Source: Spirochaetia bacterium
Lineage (GTDB): Bacteria > Spirochaetota > Spirochaetia > UBA9216
Direction of reading: 5' to 3'
Assembly (NCBI GenBank): GCA_965140585.1
Contig: OZ223264.1
Location: 64,001 to 128,000 of the forward strand
Length of the DNA stretch: 64,000 nt
Translations under genes and position numbers: made by a program
Notes under the pieces: generated by a model
The model's database searches: none
Seen by the model: the letters and a program-made list of their open reading frames with translations, nothing else
What the model was told of the DNA's origin: nothing
Shown: positions 1 through 11,092 of the stretch, one piece after another
Layout: each line of letters starts with the position of its first letter
Position numbering within the stretch: position 1 is the stretch's first letter

Positions 1-100
1 ATGAAAATCCCCCAGTATAGAAGATATTTCTTGCTGAAAAGATATAAAAAGCTTTATAATTATATTTAAATAATAATTAAGATATATTTTTGGAGTTCTT

Positions 101-1624
101 ATGGCACTTTTGAAGGTTCAGACAGAAGGCGGGCTGGTAGAAGGATTACCGGCAAATAACCAGGTGATTTCAGTTTTTAAAGGGATCCCGTTTGCAAAAC
201 CACCGGTGGGTGATTTACGGTGGAGGGCTCCGGAACCGGTTGAACCCTGGGAGGGCAACTACGAGGCTTTCAGGTTCAGGAATATTTGTACTCAGCCGCG
301 GTTTGCATCAGAAGGCGGAAATACGCTGGCAGCTACAGAATTTTATGTAGTGGAATTCCCAATGAGTGAAGATTGTCTGTATTTGAATGTCTGGACGCCG
401 GCTGAAAGTGATACGGAAAAACTTCCGGTTGCGGTTTACATTCATGGAGGCGGGTACGAAACCGGCTTCAGTTATCTTAATGCTTATGATGGCGAGGGCT
501 TTGCCAAAAGAGGTGTTGTCTTTGTAAGTATTGCATACAGGCTGAATTTCTTCGGTTTTCTTGCTCATCCTGAACTTGCTGCTGAAGATCCTAACGGAAG
601 TACCGGAAATTACGGTGAAATGGATCAGATTGCAGCGCTTGAATGGGTTAAAAGGAATATAGGAGCTTTCGGCGGAGATCCGGAGACTGTCACAATTTTC
701 GGACAGTCGGCAGGAGCCTCAAGTGTGCAGAATATTTGCGCCAGTCCTCTTTCTGAAGGGCTTTTTAAGAGAGCTATTATGCAGAGCGGCGGCGGCTTAT
801 CCCGGAATGGTGTTCTTGAGCCCCTGGATCAGGATACGGCTTATGCAATGGCAGAAGATTTTATGGAGTTTGCAGGCTATAAAAATATTGAGGAAGCCCG
901 GAAAGCTGCAGATCTGGAAATGCTGGAAAAATATCAGGCGTTCACAAAAGCACGCGGACTGGTTATGCCTGTTTTTGCACCTTCAGTAGATGGTTATGTC
1001 CTGCCCGATAAGGCATATAAGGCTTTCAGAGCCGGAAAGCATCCCGATATCGATTATATGGTAGGTTCGACTGCAGATGAAATGAGGAATAAAAATGCCG
1101 TGGCTCCGCCTTTCGAAAATATAAAGAAAGCAGCGGAACAGCGGTATGGAGAGTTAGCAGAAGCTTACCTGACTGCGATTGATGCTTCGGATCCTGAAAA
1201 ATGCAGACCGTATTTTGAAGATTTTTTTGCTGATGAGACTCTTGCCGGATGTCTCGGCTGGTGTGAGAATCAGCTGCTTTTGGGACGGCGTCCAAGTTAC
1301 ATGTACCATTTTTCCTATGTTCCGCCCGGAGCAGAGGAGGTCGGAGCTCATCATTCGGTAGAACATCATTATGTTTTTCAGACACTGGTTCGTTCTTTCC
1401 GTCCATATACGGGGTTTGATTTTGACCTGTCCGAAGAGTTAGCAGGTTACTGGGCAAATTTTGTGAAGACTGGAAATCCGAACGGTGAAGGGCCTGAAAC
1501 ATGGTCTTCGTATACAAAAGATTCACCGAAAGCGCTGCTGATCGACAGGAAGCGGGAAATGGTTAAAATGCAGCCGAGCCGAAAAGTCTGCTTTATGCGG
1601 GATTTTTCTCTTGTAAAGTTTTAG
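101..1624 (+). CDS. Type-B carboxylesterase (para-nitrobenzyl esterase-like)
   Basis: FKGIPFAKPPVGDLRW, SEDCLYLNVW, HGGG oxyanion motif, nucleophile elbow FGQSAG, C-terminal GAHH and WANFVKTGNPN. Confidence 0.93.
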   Translation: MALLKVQTEGGLVEGLPANNQVISVFKGIPFAKPPVGDLRWRAPEPVEPWEGNYEAFRFRNICTQPRFASEGGNTLAATEFYVVEFPMSEDCLYLNVWTPAESDTEKLPVAVYIHGGGYETGFSYLNAYDGEGFAKRGVVFVSIAYRLNFFGFLAHPELAAEDPNGSTGNYGEMDQIAALEWVKRNIGAFGGDPETVTIFGQSAGASSVQNICASPLSEGLFKRAIMQSGGGLSRNGVLEPLDQDTAYAMAEDFMEFAGYKNIEEARKAADLEMLEKYQAFTKARGLVMPVFAPSVDGYVLPDKAYKAFRAGKHPDIDYMVGSTADEMRNKNAVAPPFENIKKAAEQRYGELAEAYLTAIDASDPEKCRPYFEDFFADETLAGCLGWCENQLLLGRRPSYMYHFSYVPPGAEEVGAHHSVEHHYVFQTLVRSFRPYTGFDFDLSEELAGYWANFVKTGNPNGEGPETWSSYTKDSPKALLIDRKREMVKMQPSRKVCFMRDFSLVKF

Positions 1625-1652
1625 CCGAAGCAATTTTTTAAAATAGAAATTT

Positions 1653-1691
1653 AAAAAGGCTGATCGGAAAGTATTCCGGTCAGCCTTTTTT
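1653..1691. terminator. Bidirectional rho-independent terminator
   Basis: AAAAAGGCTGATCGGAA-agta-TTCCGGTCAGCCTTTTTT hairpin with A and T tails between convergent genes. Confidence 0.88.
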
Positions 1692-1711
1692 ATTTGCTTT
1701 GAAAAGTATAA

Positions 1712-4000
1712 TCAGTTTATAGAGTAGAGAACTTCAGTTTTGATGATATCCAGAAGCTCAAGGACCGAGCTGTCTGTCTCTGTTCTTTTCAAATTTTCAA
1801 CAACCCTGTTCAGTACAGTTTTATCTGTACTCTCTGACAGAGAAACAATAAATTCTGTGAGCTCCGGGTTCCTGCCTTCCAGAAGCATTCCTTCATAACC
1901 TTCTTCAGTTCCTGTAAGATAAAACGCGTAGGTCAGCCGTCTCTGGCTGGAAATGTCTGTAAGTATGCTGCCCAGTTCAATGCCCTTTGAAATAAAATCT
2001 GATGACCGAAGTTCTCCCAGTATTTCACAGATGAGCAGGGCAATTGAAGAATTCTTCTTCAGGTCCATCTTGTCGAGAGTCTCTGCCAACTGATTTATTC
2101 TTGCAGGATCTGAGAGCCCTATTCTGAGCAGTGTCTGAATTGCCTCTTCTCTTATGGCTGAATCTCTTTCCCTGGAAGCAAGACTTATCAGTTTTTCTAT
2201 CGATTCATCACTCAGGTTCTTCATCTGTCCAAGTGACCTTACAGCGTAAAATCTCAGCTGAGCGTATTTCTCATCCCTCATTGTTGCGGCTGTTATTAGA
2301 GTCAATTCGACGTTGATGGTAGGATTATCATACCCGCATGCACCAAGGGCCCTTACCGCATTGACTCTTACATCAAGAGGCTCAGTCTCATTGGAGACCA
2401 TTTTGTTAAGGGCGGTTGTGATAAGTGCGTTGTTTTCCGGTCTGATCCTGTAAAGAGCTAAAGTCGCATACCTTTTTACTTCGGCATCTTCGGAAGCCAG
2501 CATTTTAAGAAGGGTCGCGATCGCTGAACTGTCGGGCAGTTCTGAAAAAAGCCTGGCAGCCTGGCGCTGAAACTCCGGATCAGTGTTTGTTGTTGAAAAT
2601 CTTGCAAGACTTCCAATCAGGGCAATGGAGTCTGTTTGGTAAATGGCTTTTGCCGCCATATATGCCGCATCTTTAATTTCAGTATCTGCAGAAGAAAGTG
2701 CATCGAGTACTCCATTGATTCCTTTTGCCCCTTCAGGGTGTACTCCTATGGTTTCAAGGCAGCTGATTTTTAATTCTGTTGATGTCTGCGGGCTTTGCAG
2801 GAGGGCAATAATTGACGGAACTATTGCAGGGTTGTTAATATTCTTTGATTTTTCTACAAGGGTAAGCAGTACAGTTTCGGAACGTTCGGTTTTGAACAGC
2901 CTTACAAGAGAGCCTACTGTAGCCTGATCGCTGAAAGATGAAAGGCCGCTGATTGCAGTAATTCTTAATGCCGGATCGGCTGAGTTCAGGTATTCGGAAA
3001 GAGCTGTAGAAATTCTGCGGTCGGCTGTTCCATATGCTGCTATTTTTCCCAGAGATTCAAGTGCGGCTTTCAGCACTGCCGGAGGTAATTCTTCCTCTTT
3101 CAGTATATTGAAAAGCGGAATGAGGCTTTCCTTTGCCCCCATTGACCCAAGGGCTCTGATAATTTCCACCTTAAGCGGTTCTTCCGGATTTTCATCAAGT
3201 TTAGTGAGCAGCAGATCCATTGCTTCAAGGTTTCCAATCGCACCCAGACTTCTGATGCTTTCAACAGCATAGGTCTTGTCTGAGGTCATTGGCATTATAT
3301 AGGGAATAGCCCTGCTGGAGCTAAGCAGCCCGAGGGTATAGAGTGCGGTGTTGATGGCTTCCTGATCGGACTGTTCCCGCAGCAGGCTGTTTATAAGTGT
3401 TGACTCAAGGATTTCCTTTTCCTTTCCCGTCATGGGTTCAGGAACGGGATAGCCCTTTTCAAGCATATCGTATAGTTTGCCTTTGGCTGTTTTAAACTCA
3501 GTTTCAGCTCCGCTTCCTTCTCTCTTGTAGGCGCTGTCCATCACGGCAAGATAGGATGACATTTCATCCATTGCCTTTCGGCGTGCTGAATTAGGAAGGT
3601 AAAGACCGTAATCACCCATTGCAATCCGCTTTTCAATAAGCTGGCTAATTGCGGCCCCGTAGTTCAGTCCGATAAGCTCATTGATTGTGCCCTCGGGGCT
3701 TTCCAGTGCATCTCTAACTTCTTCAAGTGTTCTTACCGGGAAATACCTGTAGTTTTTTCTGATAAATTCAAGTGTTTCCTGAACCTGAATCTGATCATCC
3801 TGAACAAGATAGTCTGATATCTGCTCATCCATATCATCAAGCCGATCCATGGAACCGTTTTTATTCAAATCAATATAGCCGTTTCTGAGTTCGGGAAAGA
3901 TCGAACGAAGCTGGTTACCCAGCGGAGTTGAGACAATATCAGAAAACAGGGGATTAATGATAATTATACCTGCAATTAGAAGAAGGAGTTTTCGTTTCAT
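1712..4000 (-). CDS. Exported HEAT-repeat protein
   Basis: N-terminal signal peptide (MKRKLLLLIAGIIIIN); many repeats of the type vR..AvrALG..g; EF-hand-like DLNKNGSMDRLDD near the N-terminus. Confidence 0.8.
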   Translation of the reverse strand: MKRKLLLLIAGIIIINPLFSDIVSTPLGNQLRSIFPELRNGYIDLNKNGSMDRLDDMDEQISDYLVQDDQIQVQETLEFIRKNYRYFPVRTLEEVRDALESPEGTINELIGLNYGAAISQLIEKRIAMGDYGLYLPNSARRKAMDEMSSYLAVMDSAYKREGSGAETEFKTAKGKLYDMLEKGYPVPEPMTGKEKEILESTLINSLLREQSDQEAINTALYTLGLLSSSRAIPYIMPMTSDKTYAVESIRSLGAIGNLEAMDLLLTKLDENPEEPLKVEIIRALGSMGAKESLIPLFNILKEEELPPAVLKAALESLGKIAAYGTADRRISTALSEYLNSADPALRITAISGLSSFSDQATVGSLVRLFKTERSETVLLTLVEKSKNINNPAIVPSIIALLQSPQTSTELKISCLETIGVHPEGAKGINGVLDALSSADTEIKDAAYMAAKAIYQTDSIALIGSLARFSTTNTDPEFQRQAARLFSELPDSSAIATLLKMLASEDAEVKRYATLALYRIRPENNALITTALNKMVSNETEPLDVRVNAVRALGACGYDNPTINVELTLITAATMRDEKYAQLRFYAVRSLGQMKNLSDESIEKLISLASRERDSAIREEAIQTLLRIGLSDPARINQLAETLDKMDLKKNSSIALLICEILGELRSSDFISKGIELGSILTDISSQRRLTYAFYLTGTEEGYEGMLLEGRNPELTEFIVSLSESTDKTVLNRVVENLKRTETDSSVLELLDIIKTEVLYSIN

Positions 4001-4141
4001 TGCATCATCCTAAAGAAAGAAATGATTCTTGGCAACTCAAAAAAAATCATAGAAATTTAATGATGATTGAATAACTTGGATATTCACTATAGACTGTGTC
4101 ACTGCAAACAATTCTGCGAAAAACATATTTTAGAGGAAGAT

Positions 4142-6272
4142 ATAAGCTTAAAACAAACTGTAGACTTTAAAAAAAGTTCTTTCTCAACTCCACTGATCAT
4201 TACAATTATCGGTGTTCTGGTTATTTCATTCTTACTTCAATATCTGCTTGTTTCATCAAGGATATCTGAAGAGGTAAAAAAACTCAGTCGATGAATTTCA
4301 GGGCAATCACCATGTCTCTAAGTGAAATTCTTGAGCTGCAGCTCGACTATAATGAAAAACTGGCATTATCCTTTGCGGATAATATAAGCCGCTATTTAAC
4401 GGCTGCAGATGGAGACTTATCAAATCAGGGAGAGGTCTTTGAGCTCATATCTGAGCTCAAAGCTGTAAATGAAAACTTTGAATCTGTATTTATTCTTGAT
4501 AATTATGGAATAGTTAAATCTTCAACATATTCCGAAAGCCTTCTGGGTACTGATTTGTCTTACCGTGAATATTATATAAAGATTTTAAGCAACATTAGAA
4601 AATCATTCACTTCAAGTGAAGCACTGCAGTCTGCAGCAACTGGAAATCCAACTATAGTTCATGCCGCACCGCTTTTCAAAAATGGGGAATTTTTTGGAGT
4701 TCTTGGTATTTCACTTGATTTAACTGCACTTGGGAATGAATATATTATATCCAAGAAAATCGGGGAAACTGGTTATCCATATGTCCTGGATAAGCGTGGG
4801 CTGGTTCTGATTCACCCCTCCGGGGATATTGTTTTTACTTCGGCACAGGATGTTGACCCATTTTTTCAGGATGTCGTTGACAGCCGGGAAGACATTCAGA
4901 AAATAAATTATACACTCGGCGGATCTGCAAAGCAGGGTGTCTTTATAAAAATACCTGACACAGGATGGATAGTCTGTCTGGCTATTGATGAAAGCGAAGC
5001 ATACAGCTCGATTTATATTTTAAGAATCCTTCTGATTATCTCCGGAATTGTTATGCTTGTTTCAATAAGTCTGATTCTTCTATTTTATATCAGGAAGAAC
5101 CTTGTAAAGAAATTTTCTGATGTTGAAAAAATTATTTTTAAGGCTTCAGAGGGAGATATCTCAGGACGGGGAATAGTCAGGGGAAGAGATGAGATAGCAA
5201 GTATGACTTCCTTTTTTAATAAATTTATGGAACCACTTGCTGTCTTTTTGCCAATCTCAAAGGTAACCTTGGAGAGCTTGATGATGCGGGAAAGGAGCTT
5301 TCGATTAATATGGAAGGAACTGCTGCTGCTGTCTATCAGATAAGTACGAACGTATCCAACTCACGAAAGCAAATCTCTATGCAGGAAAACTATGTCCGGG
5401 AAACAGATATGGCCGGCCGTGAGATTACCGATAGTATAAATGAGCTAGTGCACATAATAGAAAAACAGCAGATGGATCTTCAGCAGGGGTCAAGTTCTAT
5501 TGAAGAAATGATTGGACAGATAAGAAACATATCCGCCTCTACTGATGATTCTACTAAAATTATGAATGAATTGAAACTTTCATCCAGTGCCGGAAAAGAA
5601 AATCTTGATAAGGTGAGTGAGCTTGTCAGTACTATTGCTGCACAGTCTGCGAAACTCGAAGATGCCAACACAATCATTGCCGGAATAGCCTCACAGACCA
5701 ATCTTCTGGCTATGAATGCCGCTATCGAGGCTGCTCACGCCGGGGATGCCGGACGCGGCTTCGTTGTTGTTGCTGATGAGATACGGAAGCTTGCCGAGCA
5801 GTCCACCCTTCAGTCCGGTGAAGTAAAGCAGAGTATATCTGAGATCATTTCGACTATTACCGAAGTTGTGAGGAGTTCTGATACTTCAAATAATTCATTT
5901 CAGGAAATTCTGGAAAGAATTAACTCAATTGACAGACTTACCGGCGAAATAAAAGCTTCGGTGCAAGAGCAGGTGTCAGGCGGAACTCAGGTTCTTCAAT
6001 CTCTTGAAGAGATGAAAATTTCGGGCATGGAAGTCCGTACAGGTTCAGAAAAAATGATGAAAAACAATACAAAGATTCTTGAATCAATTAAATCACTGAT
6101 TCGGATTTCAGATGAGGTTTCAATGGCCATTGCTGAGATCGGTAGCGGAATGGATGAAATAAACCAGTCTGTTCTGAATGTAAAAGAGCTTGCGTCGGTG
6201 AATATGAAGAGTGTGAATGAAGTAAGACAGAACGCTCTTTTTTACAGGACTGAAGAGGCCTCTCTTAATTAA
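4142..6272 (+). pseudogene. Frameshifted methyl-accepting chemotaxis protein (TM-dCache-TM-HAMP-MA)
   Basis: ORFs 4067-4294, 4291-5343 and 5310-6272 form one MCP (Cache [41 protein letters not shown]); breaks at A7 4276-4282 and T5 5245-5249; ATA instead of ATG after the GAGGA RBS. Confidence 0.85.
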
Positions 6273-6301
6273 GCAGAGATCATCATTGAAAAAATAGTTA
6301 T

Positions 6302-7996
6302 CTATGACAATGAATAAAGGATAATCGGTCTGGATTTACCCCTTACAGTAACAGGTTCATTTTTTTCAGCATTTATCCGTCTGATGTATTCATCTGACAA
6401 CTGTGAAAAAGTTGATTCGCTGATAAGAATATCAGTCTCGTAAACCTTAGTCTGACTTTCGATCCTTGATGCCACATTAACAGTATCTCCGATTACCGTA
6501 TACTCCTTACGTTCTTCCGAGCCCACATTTCCCGCGATAAGCGTTCCGGTATGAACACCTATCCCGTGCCTGATAGGGGGATATTTCCCTGCCTCATTGA
6601 ACATATCAAGTGCTTTTCGCATTTCAAGTGCAGCAGTAACAGCCGATTCGGCATGTGACTCCAGGCCGAAGACAGGAGAAAACACAGCCATTATACAGTC
6701 ACCTATAAACTTGTTGACAACACCGTGGTTGTCGGAAATTGGTTTTACCATATAAGAGAAATAATCGTTTAAAAAATCAATAAGCTCGCGCGGTGTGTAT
6801 CCCTCACTGATAGATGTAAAACTTCTGATGTCGGCGAACATGACGGTTGTTTCAATCTCCTCTCCGGCAAGATCTATTCCTTTTGTATCTATCAGTTTCT
6901 TTGCTATTTCTATAGATACAAATTTTCCGAATGTGTCACGCAGTTTTTCTCTTTCTTCAAGTCCTTCAACCATCATGTTGAAGTGCCCCTTCAGCTTTCC
7001 AATTTCATCGGCTGACAGCACTGACGATCTTGTTGTAAAGTCTCCTTTTGCCACAGTCTGCATTCTTTCAATAAGTATGTTGATAGGCCCCTGAATATTC
7101 CTGCGGAACGTGAATATTGAAAAGAACTGTGCTGTAATGAAGAAGAGGTTAACAAGAAATATGATGATAATCGGACCAAATAACTGACCTGTTACTACGA
7201 GGTCAGGCTGAGAGCCTTCAGCGATGGCTTTGAACATCCATGAATTAAATACAACCGGTATGTAAATGCTTAAAATCAGAGGTATTACTCCAAGCGAAAC
7301 TATCAGAAGCAGAACCCTTGCTGTCAGGTTAAGAGTAAATCCTTTTTTCAGTGAATAAAGTTTGCCGCTTCTGAAAACTTGTGCAGCTATTCCCCTGTTA
7401 ATGTATCTGGTTGTGTGCCAGGCGTTGATGAATCCGGAAAGACTTCCATACATTATGGCAGAGGCTATGAAGTTTGCAATTATCTTTCCATTTATTTCGA
7501 TACCGTCAATATCTCTAATTACCAGCTTGATAATCAGACTCCAGATTGCACCGATCCAGGGAAGAACAAACATAAGAACAGGCAGGTTAAGTACCCTTTT
7601 TACCGTTTTCTCATCAGGCTCTCCTTCGCCTTTAAAATTATACCGGTATACTGGAATCAGGTAGATTATTATAAAAAGAAACATAATCCCGACAGGGTTT
7701 CTTGTTCTGTAAAAGAAATATTCTTCTGAAAGACGCTCGTTTATGGTCTGATCATCTTCAAAGCCGAATTCATTTCTGATTGAGTCCTCAAGTTTAATAT
7801 CAGGATTGTCCTTATGTTCGTTCATTACTTCCAGAATCTGGTCAGAATTGTTTTTGACATATTTTGCCATTTCTTCAAATGGCATGTTTGAGTAGAATTC
7901 AAAAAAGCCTGAAAGAATAGAACTGAGTATTATTGAAGTTAAAAAAAGCAGATAAAGCGGTATAAACAGTTTTTTAAGAAACAGCCGTGAATTCAT
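6302..7996 (-). CDS. Membrane class III adenylate/guanylate cyclase with HAMP domain
   Basis: Several TM helices, HAMP (DEIGKLKGHFNMM), catalytic FADIRSFT, KFIGDCIMA, YTVIGDTVNVASRIE. Confidence 0.93.
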   Translation of the reverse strand: MNSRLFLKKLFIPLYLLFLTSIILSSILSGFFEFYSNMPFEEMAKYVKNNSDQILEVMNEHKDNPDIKLEDSIRNEFGFEDDQTINERLSEEYFFYRTRNPVGIMFLFIIIYLIPVYRYNFKGEGEPDEKTVKRVLNLPVLMFVLPWIGAIWSLIIKLVIRDIDGIEINGKIIANFIASAIMYGSLSGFINAWHTTRYINRGIAAQVFRSGKLYSLKKGFTLNLTARVLLLIVSLGVIPLILSIYIPVVFNSWMFKAIAEGSQPDLVVTGQLFGPIIIIFLVNLFFITAQFFSIFTFRRNIQGPINILIERMQTVAKGDFTTRSSVLSADEIGKLKGHFNMMVEGLEEREKLRDTFGKFVSIEIAKKLIDTKGIDLAGEEIETTVMFADIRSFTSISEGYTPRELIDFLNDYFSYMVKPISDNHGVVNKFIGDCIMAVFSPVFGLESHAESAVTAALEMRKALDMFNEAGKYPPIRHGIGVHTGTLIAGNVGSEERKEYTVIGDTVNVASRIESQTKVYETDILISESTFSQLSDEYIRRINAEKNEPVTVRGKSRPIILYSLS

Positions 7997-8062
7997 TGGT
8001 ATTTCCTTATTTATCTAATTATTATTAGTATAATTATATATTATTGTAATCGGAGGGACTGT

Positions 8063-9037
8063 TTGAAAAGTATAAAAAAAACTGAAACAGTGTTTATTAT
8101 CAGTGTAATCATAAGTGCAGTTATAGTTCTGATAACCTGGCTTCTCGGCGGCCGGCTGGAGACTGTCCCTCATTTACCCGACAAGGGTGCTTCATGGTAT
8201 TACTGGCAGCTGGCAAAGCCTGAAACCGCCGCCAGACTGAGTGCCTGGATTGGTTACGGGCTCCATCAGCTTTTTATATGGACTGTTTTTTATAAGGCGA
8301 GAAATGAAAAACCTCATCCTGATACTGTAGGCAAATTCAATGCCGCTCTTCTTCTTATAAACCTTCTGTTTATTTTTCTTCATCTTATTCAAACTCATGT
8401 CTGGTACGACGGACTTGCACAGGATGTTCCTATCTGGACTTCCCAGGGCTCTGTAATTGTAATGCTTGTTCTGATGCTCGTTATGCTTACGCCAAGACGC
8501 GGCTTTTTTCTCGGGATCAAAATTGGACTTCCGGCAAAGGGTGTAAGGTTTCTTAACGCTGTTCACGGCGTCTTTATATCATGGGCACTGGTTTATACAT
8601 TCTGGTTTCATCCCATGGAAGGAACCTATGGTCTGCTTTCCGGCTTCTTTTACATGTATCTGCTTTTTACCCAACTGAGTATGTTCAATACCAAGATACA
8701 TTTCAGCATGAAGTGGCTTGTACTTCTTGAATCAATGGTTGCCGTGCACGGAACACTTATAACACTTCAAAAAGAAAATCCTATCTGGCCGATGTTTCTT
8801 TCGGGTTTTCTTTTTATGATTGCATTTACCTACGTTTACGGTCTTACTAAAAAGCGGGTATTTAGAATAGGGACCCTTGTTCTTTATGTTCTGGCGGTCG
8901 CTGTCATGTATTATTTCCGGGGATACAATCACCTTTATGAGGTCAGTTTTATTCCGGTTGCCCTGTACGGCGGAGGGCTTGCTCTGATAATTCTGATGAA
9001 GCTTGCTGGAAAAATTTTGGAAAGGAGAGCCGGCTAA
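8063..9037 (+). CDS. Hypothetical polytopic membrane protein
   Basis: TTG start after GGAGG; about 9-10 hydrophobic segments; several His in or near helices. Confidence 0.75.
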   Translation: MKSIKKTETVFIISVIISAVIVLITWLLGGRLETVPHLPDKGASWYYWQLAKPETAARLSAWIGYGLHQLFIWTVFYKARNEKPHPDTVGKFNAALLLINLLFIFLHLIQTHVWYDGLAQDVPIWTSQGSVIVMLVLMLVMLTPRRGFFLGIKIGLPAKGVRFLNAVHGVFISWALVYTFWFHPMEGTYGLLSGFFYMYLLFTQLSMFNTKIHFSMKWLVLLESMVAVHGTLITLQKENPIWPMFLSGFLFMIAFTYVYGLTKKRVFRIGTLVLYVLAVAVMYYFRGYNHLYEVSFIPVALYGGGLALIILMKLAGKILERRAG

Positions 9038-9043
9038 CATATT

Positions 9044-10276
9044 ATGCCGATTATTGAGCGTAAAACTCTATACAGGGTAAATACTGAAGATGTTCTTTAT
9101 CTGGATGCCGGAAACCTGATGAAAGCCGGCCAGAAGGTAGGTGAAAAGATCTAAGGCTTGGCAAAATATAATGTTTCGCATATAACTGTAATTGCTCCAA
9201 CTAGAGAGGAGCGGGCAGCTCTCAATGATGATAAACTGAAAGAGCACATCAACAATTACATTGAAATCGGAAAAAGAAAATCTCATTATGATTTGAGGTT
9301 TAATCTCAAGAATACACTACTTAATTTTCATGAACTTTACTCTTAAAAAGACAGAATCTTTTCAATACCCGGAAAACGATCATACCTTGAAACAGGCGAT
9401 CTTCTCTCAGCAAAGATTGAATCTTTAAACTACAATCATATACAGGCTGGAAGTTCCCGCCTGATTGATAAATATAAATTAAAGTACTTAGGTGAAATAA
9501 TTAGCAAGTATCAGTCCTTCTATGATAAATTAAAACCAATCGAAAAAGGTGAAAAGGAATCTAAGGGTGCTGTTAACAGAATACATATGAATTCGATTCG
9601 GCTTAACAGTATGTATGATGATTCAAAACTTGCATCACTTGGTGATTCTCTTGTTAATCAATCTATAGACATTGCTCTGCTGTTTCTTCACACCTTCATT
9701 AATATTAATAAAAAGCGGATTATTGAGGGCCGTCCGTTATCTGAATCCCGATGGGATCCGTCTCAGAAAAAATCCAATCAGGGGATATATCAGTATAAGC
9801 CTGAATTGATTTTTGAGGCTGTTATCGGGGCACTTCTTCATAATGTAGGTGAGGCACACAGTCTGGTTCATCAGATAATTTCCGGGAAGCCGTATTTTTC
9901 AGATCAGAGCAAAAATGATCAGATGAAAATAAAGCAGATTCAGAAATCAACCAATGTGCTGAAGCACCTTCTGGACCGGGATGACATATCATCAATAACC
10001 AGGATGATAGCTGTTATGCAGAAGGATTACCCTGACGGTACAGGATATCCTTCGCCCAATGAAAACCGCTATTTATTTGAGTTTGTTCGTTTATTTCAAA
10101 TTAAGGTTTATCTTTATGAGAAGAGAAAAAGAAACCACCCTATGTACGTAGGCAAGGTTGTCTCATATCCTGATTCATATTTTCCGATGGTTGCAATTCT
10201 TAAGGATGAAAAGAATAACAGAGCGTACCGGGATATGATTTTCGGTTCGGAAAGACCGCTGAGCAAACATCTGTAA
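9044..10276 (+). pseudogene. Fragmented HD/HD-GYP-like protein
   Basis: Frame from ATG 9044 is broken by in-frame TAA at 9152 and 9344 and later shifts; fragment 9587-10276 keeps GALLHNVG and DGTGYP HD-GYP-like motifs. Confidence 0.65.
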
Positions 10277-10287
10277 AAAAGTAATAA

Positions 10288-11031
10288 TTAAAATCCCAGC
10301 TCTTCGGCAATCATTATCACATGGAAGTCCGAGTCTGTGGGTTGCCTGTGAATGATGTTTGTAATGTTGCAGTAGCGTTCTTCTGAGCGGCAGTCCAGAC
10401 ATCTGCCGCTTTTATTGCAGGCTAGTTCATTATGGTATTTGATATTATTCATCTGGGCTGCTGTTTCATGGATTCTATCCAGGCCGGTGTTCAGGTCTTT
10501 TACAAGCTTGTTGGCTCCGGCAACTACAATAATGCGGTCGGAACCGTAGCAGCTGCCGGCAACTCTATTGCCGGTTCCATCTATGTTTATGATCTGTCCG
10601 TCCATCGTAACGGCGTTTGCTCCCAGTATAAAAACATTTGAGACCAGGTAGTTCATCAGAATTTCCCTGGTTTCCTGTTCATTTCCGATTATCTTATATC
10701 CCGGGGTTTTGCTATCAAATGCTGTTTTATTTACAGCGCAGGTATGAGGTATGGCAACGCAGTTTTTCTTTTCCAAATCGTCATCAAGTTCAAGGGAGAA
10801 AATTGTATGAGAATCTCCAAATCCGACTGTGCTGTTTTCCGGTATCAGGTTTAGAAGAAGAGCTTTTGCTTCAGTTCCCGATTTGCAGAAGTGTGCTTCA
10901 AAATTATTTTTTGACAGATTTTTAACAGCAATACGGCATTGCTGCTTCATGTAATCAGATCTTATTTTTTCTCTACTGCAGTCCTCTTCCCTTAGTTTTG
11001 GAAATTTCAGTTTTCGTAAATTAAGCATCAT
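10288..11031 (-). CDS. LUD-domain (LutC/YkgG-like) lactate utilization family protein
   Basis: GANAVTMDGQIINIDGTGNRVA, VAGANKLV, Cys-rich tail CNKSGRCLDCRSEERYCN, EELGF end. Confidence 0.85.
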   Translation of the reverse strand: MMLNLRKLKFPKLREEDCSREKIRSDYMKQQCRIAVKNLSKNNFEAHFCKSGTEAKALLLNLIPENSTVGFGDSHTIFSLELDDDLEKKNCVAIPHTCAVNKTAFDSKTPGYKIIGNEQETREILMNYLVSNVFILGANAVTMDGQIINIDGTGNRVAGSCYGSDRIIVVAGANKLVKDLNTGLDRIHETAAQMNNIKYHNELACNKSGRCLDCRSEERYCNITNIIHRQPTDSDFHVIMIAEELGF

Positions 11032-11092
11032 AGCCTCCCGATGATGCTATTCTACAGTAAAAATCAGTTTCTACAAAATATTTTGGCTCGAT

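Noticed and set aside
4067-4141. N-terminal extension of the first MCP fragment from TTG 4067
   Set aside because: It looks like translated promoter DNA; the RBS-like GAGGA lies just before 4142.
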